A stretch of 64,000 nucleotides of DNA, from NCBI GenBank assembly GCA_016935525.1, contig JAFGQU010000013.1, forward strand, positions 26,523-90,522, in the 5' to 3' direction. This document shows, one piece after another, positions 57,809-64,000 of the stretch; the first letter of the stretch is position 1; each line of letters starts with the position of its first letter. This stretch comes from Candidatus Omnitrophota bacterium. Lineage in GTDB: Bacteria; Omnitrophota; Gorgyraeia; Duberdicusellales; 4484-171. Below the pieces are notes generated by a model. That model did not search any database. It saw only the letters and a program-made list of their open reading frames with translations, and had not been told where the DNA came from. The position numbers and the translations under genes are program-made.

Positions 57809-59050
57809 ATGGAGCCGCGACGCGTAGTTATTACAGGGTGTGGTGTTGTCTCTCCGGTCGGAATAGGCACGCCAGGTTTCTGGAAGAGCCTTATCGCAGG
57901 GAAAAGCGGGGTTTCCCGGATCACCCAGTTCGATCCTTCCCATTTCGATTCAAAGATCGCCGGTGAAGTAGGCGATTTCGATCCTTCCCAATATCTCAAT
58001 TATAAAGAATTAAGAAGAACTCCCCGGTTTGTACAGTTTGCTATCGCTGCCAGTGATCAGGCGGTAAAAGACAGCGCTCTTCGTTTGGAAGAGATGGATC
58101 CTTACCGTATCGGAGTGATCATCGGTTCGGGTATAGGAAGCCTGCGTAGCGTGGAAGAAGAACACGGGAACTATTTGGCGAAAGGGCCGCGGCGGATATC
58201 CCCTTTTCTCATACCGATGTTGATCACTAACGAAGCTGCCGGAACGGTAGCGATCCGGTATCATCTTAAAGGAGTAAATTTCTGTACGGTCACCGCGTGT
58301 GCTTCAGGCGCCCATGCGATCGGTGAGGCGTACCGGCTTATCAAATATGACCATTCGGACGTGATCGTCTGCGGAGGGACCGAAAGTTGTATTACTCATC
58401 TGGGAGTGGGAGGGTTTTGTTCTTTAAAAGCGTTATCGACCCGTAATGATGAACCCGAAAGAGCCAGCCGGCCGTTTGACCGTACTCGTGACGGGTTTAT
58501 CATGGCTGAAGGGGCCGGGATCGTGGTCCTTGAGGAACTGAATTCGGCCCGCAGACGGGGCGCGAAGATCTATGGAGAACTGGGTGGATACGGGTCGACC
58601 TGTGATGCCTATCACATTACTGCGCCCGATCCCGAAGGTAAATCCGCGGCCCGGGCGATAGAAGATGCTTTAAAAGAAAGTAACATATCGTTAGAGCAGC
58701 CGATCTACATCAATGCGCATGGGACGTCGACCCAGTTGAATGATAAAATGGAAACTCAGGCGATAAAGACCGCTTTTGGAAATAAGACCGATAAGATCAT
58801 GGTGAGTTCTACCAAATCGATGATGGGACATACTCTGGGAGCCGCTGGCGCCATTGAGTTTATCGTGAGTTGTCTTGTATTACAGAATAAGATAATCCCT
58901 CCTACTATTAATTATGAAGAACCTGATCCTGAATGCGATTTAGATTATACCCCCAACCACGCTCGCGAAGTAGATGCGCAGGTAGCATTATCTAATTCTT
59001 TGGGGTTTGGCGGTCATAATGCTGCGTTACTGGTAAAAACGTATACATAA
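57809..59050 (+). CDS. fabF: 3-oxoacyl-ACP synthase II
   Basis: RRVVITG, TACASG, DGF...EG.G, YINAHGTST, KSM.GH..GAAG, SNS.GFGGHN. Confidence 0.96.
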   Translation: MEPRRVVITGCGVVSPVGIGTPGFWKSLIAGKSGVSRITQFDPSHFDSKIAGEVGDFDPSQYLNYKELRRTPRFVQFAIAASDQAVKDSALRLEEMDPYRIGVIIGSGIGSLRSVEEEHGNYLAKGPRRISPFLIPMLITNEAAGTVAIRYHLKGVNFCTVTACASGAHAIGEAYRLIKYDHSDVIVCGGTESCITHLGVGGFCSLKALSTRNDEPERASRPFDRTRDGFIMAEGAGIVVLEELNSARRRGAKIYGELGGYGSTCDAYHITAPDPEGKSAARAIEDALKESNISLEQPIYINAHGTSTQLNDKMETQAIKTAFGNKTDKIMVSSTKSMMGHTLGAAGAIEFIVSCLVLQNKIIPPTINYEEPDPECDLDYTPNHAREVDAQVALSNSLGFGGHNAALLVKTYT

Positions 59051-59062
59051 TCATCGGACAAT

Positions 59063-60334
59063 ATGGGATTGACGTTAATTAAAAAAATTTTGCAGGCGCA
59101 TTCTTCTCAAAGCACATTGGAAGATTTTATCTATGCGGATGTCGATTTCTGTTTTGGGAACGATATTACCGCGCCTCTGGCCGTGAAAGCGTTTGGCGCG
59201 GCCGGATTTACCACTATTTTTGATAAAAATAAAATAGGTTTTATTTGCGACCATTTCTTGCCGGCCCGGGATCTTAAAGCGGCTAACAACGTGAAGCTTT
59301 TGCGTGATTTCGCAAAAGAGTATAGCATAACGAATTTTTATGATATTCAGCAATGCGGGGTCGAACACGTTTTTCTCGTCGAGCGAGGCCTCGTAAAACC
59401 GGGAAATCTGGTCATCGGCGCCGATTCGCATACTTGTACGTACGGAGCGATCGGGTGTGCCGCGTTTGGAGTAGGGTCGACGGATCTGGGATGTGTGATG
59501 AAAGAAGGTAAAGTCTGGTTAAGGGTCCCTGAGACTCTTCGTTTTATATATAAAGGTAAACCGGGGAAATGGCTTTGCGGGAAAGATCTGATCCTCGCGA
59601 CAATCGGAAAGATCGGGGTTGACGGGGCACTCTATAAAGTAATGGAGTTTTCCGGCCCGGTGATGAAGAAGATGGGGATAGAAGATAGATTGACGATGAC
59701 GAATATGGCAGTTGAAGCCGGCGCGAAAACCGGGATCGTCGAACCGGACGAGGCGACATTTGATTATCTGAAAAAAGTCCAAAAAGGATTTACATTCACG
59801 AAATCGCTGCGGGATTTAAAACGCGACGAAGATGCCGAGTATGCCGATAGTATAGAGATCGATGTGACCAACATGCAGCCTCAGGTCGCCTGTCCCCACC
59901 TGCCGAGTAATACCAAACCGGTAGGCAGTTTAAAAAAGATAAAATTAGACCAGGTGTTTATCGGGTCTTGTACCAACGGTAGATTCTCTGATTTAGAGGT
60001 TGCCGCCCGTATGTTACGGGGAAAAAAAGTGAAACGGGGCCTGAGGGTGATCGTGAGCCCGGCAACACCGGCTATTTTTAAACAGGCAGAAAAAAAAGGA
60101 TTTTTGAAAATATTTGTCGAAGCCGGCTGTATGGTCGCCCCGCCTACCTGCGGGCCTTGTTTAGGCGGGCATATGGGTATCCTTGATAAAGGTGAGACGG
60201 CGCTTGCGACCAGTAACCGTAACTTTATCGGCAGGATGGGAGATCCTGATTCATTTTTATATCTCTCTTCACCGGCAGTGGCGGCGGCCAGCGCGATTAA
60301 AGGGCGGATTACGCATCCGGATGAGATTGCGTAA
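59063..60334 (+). CDS. leuC: 3-isopropylmalate dehydratase large subunit (short LeuC/HacA type)
   Basis: DH, GADSHTCTYGA, IGSCTNGR, CGPCLGG, SNRNF.GRMG. Confidence 0.9.
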   Translation: MGLTLIKKILQAHSSQSTLEDFIYADVDFCFGNDITAPLAVKAFGAAGFTTIFDKNKIGFICDHFLPARDLKAANNVKLLRDFAKEYSITNFYDIQQCGVEHVFLVERGLVKPGNLVIGADSHTCTYGAIGCAAFGVGSTDLGCVMKEGKVWLRVPETLRFIYKGKPGKWLCGKDLILATIGKIGVDGALYKVMEFSGPVMKKMGIEDRLTMTNMAVEAGAKTGIVEPDEATFDYLKKVQKGFTFTKSLRDLKRDEDAEYADSIEIDVTNMQPQVACPHLPSNTKPVGSLKKIKLDQVFIGSCTNGRFSDLEVAARMLRGKKVKRGLRVIVSPATPAIFKQAEKKGFLKIFVEAGCMVAPPTCGPCLGGHMGILDKGETALATSNRNFIGRMGDPDSFLYLSSPAVAAASAIKGRITHPDEIA

Positions 60335-60402
60335 CGCGAAACGAGTAACGCGTACCGCGAAAAAGACACGAAGTACGAACGACTCACGACGAACGACGAG
60401 AT
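60328..60402. repeat. Heptamer array (CGTAACG / GACGAAC units)
   Basis: cgtaacg cgaaacg agtaacg cgtaccg ... tacgaac gactcac gacgaac gacgag. Confidence 0.55.
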
Positions 60403-60403
60403 T

Positions 60404-60883
60404 ATGATCATAAAAGGGCATGTACATAAATTCGGTGACGATATAAATACCGACGATATTATCGCGGCAAAATATCTTGATTCTCAGGATCCGGAATATT
60501 TAGGGGCGCATTGTATGGAGAATATCGATGAAGGGTTCCCGCGAAAAGTCAAAGAAGGGGATATTATCGTCGGGGGTAAAAATTTCGGATGCGGTTCCAG
60601 CCGGGAACATGCTCCCTGGGCGATTAAAGGATGTAAGATCAGCATGGTTATCGCGAGCAGTTTTGCCCGTATTTTTTACCGTAATTGCATCAATATCGGA
60701 TTGCCGATTTTGGTCTCGCCGGATGTAAATAAGATCAAACAACATGATTTCTTAGAGGTTGACTTGATTGAAGGTAAAATACATAATATTACCCAGGGAA
60801 GCACGTACCTTTGCGAAAAATTTCCTAAATTCATGCAGGAGTTAATAAAAAACGGCGGGTTAGTGAACTGGATAAGGAGATAA
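60404..60883 (+). CDS. leuD: 3-isopropylmalate dehydratase small subunit
   Basis: [35 protein letters not shown]. Confidence 0.92.
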   Translation: MIIKGHVHKFGDDINTDDIIAAKYLDSQDPEYLGAHCMENIDEGFPRKVKEGDIIVGGKNFGCGSSREHAPWAIKGCKISMVIASSFARIFYRNCINIGLPILVSPDVNKIKQHDFLEVDLIEGKIHNITQGSTYLCEKFPKFMQELIKNGGLVNWIRR

Positions 60884-60885
60884 GT

Positions 60886-61134
60886 ATGAATGACCGATGT
60901 GAGATGAAAGCGGTTTTCTTTACCGAAAAATTCAAGATCGAGGGGACAGTCTATATTGAAGCCGGTTTTCGAGTAAGTGACCTGTTAAACGCGCCTAAAA
61001 ACGGGTTTGTCCCGTTGACGAAAGTTTCAATATCGGATTGGCAGGATAACTTGATTTTGAAACAGGATTTTATCTGTCTGAATAAAAGTTTTATTCTCTT
61101 TGCCAGAGACGTGATGTGTCAGAAAGAAGGTTAA
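60886..61134 (+). CDS. Small conserved hypothetical protein (DUF6812-like)
   Basis: I.G.V.....R.SD.LN....F.PLT.......F...NK..I pattern; AAGGAG RBS. Confidence 0.55.
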   Translation: MNDRCEMKAVFFTEKFKIEGTVYIEAGFRVSDLLNAPKNGFVPLTKVSISDWQDNLILKQDFICLNKSFILFARDVMCQKEG

Positions 61135-61136
61135 TC

Positions 61137-62204
61137 ATGAGTAAATATAGTATCGCGGTGGTTGGAGGAGACGGGACCGGGCCGGAGGTGGTAAAAGAAG
61201 GATTGAAAGTCCTTAAGGCTACCGCTTCCGTATGCGGGTTTACCTACGAAACTGTCGATTATGATATCGGAGGGGAAAGATATTTAAAAACGAACGAGAT
61301 CCTTCCCGATTCCGTGGTCGAAGGACTGAAAAGGTGCGATGCGATCTATTTGGGAGCAATTGGCGATCCGCGGGTTAAACCGGGCATCTTGGAAAAAGGG
61401 ATATTGTTGAAACTCAGGTTTACTCTCGATCAATATGTGAATCTTCGGCCGGTGGTTTTGTACGATAAACGGTTTTGTCCTCTGAAGGATAAAAAAGAAG
61501 AAGATATTGATTTTGTAGTGGTGAGGGAAAATACCGAAGGGCTCTATTGTGGAGCCGGGGGATTCCTTAAAAAAGGGACAAAAGATGAAGTCGCGATCCA
61601 GGAAAGTATTAATACCTATAAAGGAGCTGAACGGGTGATCCGGTTTGCTTTCGAATATGCCCGCAGAAGAAATAAAAGGAAAAAAGTCACTCTTTGCGGG
61701 AAGACCAACGTGCTGACCTATGCGTTTGATCTGTGGGAGCGGACGTTTTACGCGGTCGCGAAAGAATATCCCGATATCCAGGCCGATTACGCTCATGTCG
61801 ATGCGACCTGTATGTGGATGGTCAAAAGTCCGGAATGGTTTGATGTGATTGTGACCGATAATATGTTCGGAGATATCATCACGGACCTGGGTGCGATGAT
61901 CCAGGGGGGGATGGGGATCGCGGCCGGAGGGAATATCAATCCGCAGGGGGTCTCCATGTTCGAACCCATCGGCGGGAGCGCTCCTAAATATACCGGGAAG
62001 AACGTGATCAATCCCCTGGCGGCAATATGCGCTGTAGGGATGTTATTAGACCAGATCGGCGAACAGGACGCCGGCCAAAGAATAGAGACTGCGGTGAAAA
62101 AAGTGGTAAAAGAGAAACTAGAAAGTTTTTCTGCCGGGAAAATGGGCTATTCTACGTCGGAAGTAGGAGATCTGGTCGCGGAATATATTAAAAATGAAAA
62201 ATGA
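61137..62204 (+). CDS. leuB: 3-isopropylmalate dehydrogenase
   Basis: GDGTGPEV, NLRP, VRENTEG.Y, K.NVL, NMFGDI.TD, EP..GSAP, NPLA. Confidence 0.92.
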   Translation: MSKYSIAVVGGDGTGPEVVKEGLKVLKATASVCGFTYETVDYDIGGERYLKTNEILPDSVVEGLKRCDAIYLGAIGDPRVKPGILEKGILLKLRFTLDQYVNLRPVVLYDKRFCPLKDKKEEDIDFVVVRENTEGLYCGAGGFLKKGTKDEVAIQESINTYKGAERVIRFAFEYARRRNKRKKVTLCGKTNVLTYAFDLWERTFYAVAKEYPDIQADYAHVDATCMWMVKSPEWFDVIVTDNMFGDIITDLGAMIQGGMGIAAGGNINPQGVSMFEPIGGSAPKYTGKNVINPLAAICAVGMLLDQIGEQDAGQRIETAVKKVVKEKLESFSAGKMGYSTSEVGDLVAEYIKNEK

Positions 62205-62268
62205 AAAACAAAAAAGGGTTATTCTTTTTTTCTATATTTTTTATCTTTAATTTTTAACATTTAATTTT
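62190..62268. repeat. AT-rich inverted heptamer array (AAAATGA / TTTTAAT)
   Basis: aaaatga aaaatga aaaacaa ... tttttat ctttaat ttttaac atttaat. Confidence 0.5.
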
Positions 62269-63294
62269 ATGAAGAAGTATCATGTAGCGGTAGTCGGTGT
62301 GGGGGTCGTGGGGATTGAGATTTTGAAATGTCTTAAAAGCCGCAGTTTCCCCATAGCGAATTTACGGGTGTTTGCCCGTTCGGCGCGCGCGATAGAAGTC
62401 GAGGGGATCGAATATGAAGTCGAAGCAATAGGTGATGAACGGTTTGACGGGGTTGAGATCGCTTTGTTTGCCGGTACCGAAGGAGAAAAAGGAGCAAGTA
62501 AGCTCTATGCCCATAAATTTATCGAGAAAGGGGCAATCGTCGTTGATAACGGCGCCGATTTCCGGCTCGAACATGATGTCCCGTTGGTCGTGCCGGAAGC
62601 TAATCGTGACGCGGTCAAGAACCATAAAGGCCTTATTGCCAATCCTAATTGTACTACTATCCAGGCTATCGTCGCATTGTGCGGTATTCACCGTGAGTTC
62701 GGTTTAGAGAGAATATTGCTTACCAGTTTTCAGGCAACCAGCGGTGCCGGGAAAAAAGCCGCGATGAAATTATGGGAAGAAGCCCGTACTCTTGTGAACA
62801 TAAACAGAAATAAAGAGTTTGACGAGATTCATAAGGATGTCGATAGTGAATTTGATGTGTTCAGCCATCAGATCGCGTTTAACGTGATCCCCCAGATCGG
62901 CGGGTTTGCCGAAGACGGATATACTTCTGAAGAATGGAAAGTGGTGAACGAGACCCATAAGATCCTGAATGATGATTCTATCCGGATTTCTTCTACCTGC
63001 GTGAGAGTACCGGTATTTACTGCCCACAGTGAAGCGATCTATTTTGAAACTAAAAAAGACGCCGATCATGCTCAGATCGAGAAAGTCCTTAAAGATTCTG
63101 AAGGAGTGAAATACTTCGCGGATTCGTCGTTCCCTTTGCCTCTGGAAGTCGAGGGGACCGATCTCACATATGTTGCGCGTCTCAGACGCGATCCGTTCAA
63201 CAAGAATTGTTTTTGGATCTGGGTGGTCGCTGACAATCTGCGTAAAGGGGCCGCTTTGAATGCGGTCCAGATCGCGGAAGAACTTACCAAATAA
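62269..63294 (+). CDS. asd: Aspartate-semialdehyde dehydrogenase
   Basis: VPLVVPE.N, IANPNCTT, QATSGAG, IAFNVIPQIG, TCVRVPV...HSE, DNLRKGAALNAVQIAE. Confidence 0.96.
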   Translation: MKKYHVAVVGVGVVGIEILKCLKSRSFPIANLRVFARSARAIEVEGIEYEVEAIGDERFDGVEIALFAGTEGEKGASKLYAHKFIEKGAIVVDNGADFRLEHDVPLVVPEANRDAVKNHKGLIANPNCTTIQAIVALCGIHREFGLERILLTSFQATSGAGKKAAMKLWEEARTLVNINRNKEFDEIHKDVDSEFDVFSHQIAFNVIPQIGGFAEDGYTSEEWKVVNETHKILNDDSIRISSTCVRVPVFTAHSEAIYFETKKDADHAQIEKVLKDSEGVKYFADSSFPLPLEVEGTDLTYVARLRRDPFNKNCFWIWVVADNLRKGAALNAVQIAEELTK

Positions 63295-63379
63295 GGTCAC
63301 ACGACACATAGACACACGTCACATGTTTTTGCTTTCTGGTTTTTACGTGTGACTCTGTGACCATGTGACTTTGTGACTA
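63295..63379. repeat. GTCACA/TGTGAC inverted 7-8-mer array
   Basis: gtcacac gacacata gacacac gtcacat ... tgtgactc tgtgacca tgtgactt tgtgacta. Confidence 0.8.
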
Positions 63380-63384
63380 TCTAC

Positions 63385-64000
63385 ATGAAGAACATACTAT
63401 TAAGATTGGAATATGACGGAAGTGATTATTTTGGATGGCAGATCCAGTCCGAAAAAAAGTCACACGGCACACGACATACGACACACGTGAAGAGCGAAAA
63501 AGCCAAAACAGTGCAGGGTGAGGTGGAAAAGGCGATAGAAAAGCTTTTTCGTCAAAAGGTAAAGTTGATCTATGCCGGCCGGACCGATCGCGGCGTACAT
63601 GCCAAAGATCAAGTCTTGAATTTTTTCGTCGATACCACCATCCCTATTGCCAATATAAAAGGCGCGCTGAATAGTTTTTTACCCGGAGATATCCGCGTGA
63701 AACGGGTAAAGAAAGTATCTGATGATTTCCATGCCCGGTTCAGCGTTTCAACGAAGATATACCGGTACCGTATCCTTAACGTAAAAGAACCTTCGGTGTT
63801 TGAACGTACTCGTTCCTGGTGGGTGCCCGATCCACTCGATCTTAAAGTTATGCAGTCGGTCGCCAAAAAGCTTATCGGATATAAAGACCGTAGCCTTTTT
63901 GCGAAACAGCCGGACCTTTATCATGACTGCCGCCGAAGGATCTTTGCCATACATATTAAGAAAAAAAGTCCGTTTGTTATTATCGATATTGAAGCTGACG
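63385..64000 (+). CDS. truA: tRNA pseudouridine(38-40) synthase, 3' truncated by the window (not in the ORF track)
   Basis: Manual translation MKNILLRLEYDGSDYFGWQIQ...TVQGEVE...AGRTDRGVHA..Q...F...LN..LP.DI...FHARF. Confidence 0.93.
   Translation, partial: MKNILLRLEYDGSDYFGWQIQSEKKSHGTRHTTHVKSEKAKTVQGEVEKAIEKLFRQKVKLIYAGRTDRGVHAKDQVLNFFVDTTIPIANIKGALNSFLPGDIRVKRVKKVSDDFHARFSVSTKIYRYRILNVKEPSVFERTRSWWVPDPLDLKVMQSVAKKLIGYKDRSLFAKQPDLYHDCRRRIFAIHIKKKSPFVIIDIEAD

Noticed and set aside
1-64000. tRNA or rRNA genes
   Set aside because: No intergenic segment with tRNA D/T-loop consensus or rRNA-like sequence was seen by eye; not confirmed computationally

Overview
Gene-dense bacterial chromosomal window, almost entirely + strand, from a diderm (LPS-producing) and probably anaerobic organism. 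The gene repertoire and fusions suggest a PVC-type lineage such as Ca. Omnitrophota, but that is inference only. Most of it is housekeeping: argS (3' end), recJ, rpmB, aroK-dprA-topA-xerC, a lipid A/LPS core cluster (waaA, lpxK, LpxL-ELM1 fusion, GT4/GT9 glycosyltransferases), purB-purL-purQ-purM-purD-purE, tsaC-ywlE fusion/rpiB/glyA, nrdR, cca, recG-rsmD-coaD-yceD-rpmF-plsX-fabH-fabD-fabG-acpP-fabF, leuC-leuD-leuB-asd and truA (5' part). The standout is at 21.3-30.5 kb. A Ni/Co-type transporter and an intact group 3b [NiFe]-hydrogenase operon with its endopeptidase are followed by a zinc-finger-less mini-HypA, a HypC domain fused to a HydE-like radical SAM enzyme, rex, and an intact [FeFe]-maturase HydG. 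There is no hypB/D/E/F, hydF or [FeFe]-hydrogenase gene in the window, and Rex operators sit in front of both the hydrogenase genes and rex-hydG. This suggests a chimeric, radical-SAM-based route for building the Fe(CN)x(CO)y unit of a [NiFe] enzyme. A second theme is that many intergenic gaps hold inverted arrays of 7-8-bp tandem units with nested GC hairpins, one of which has entered the truA reading frame.
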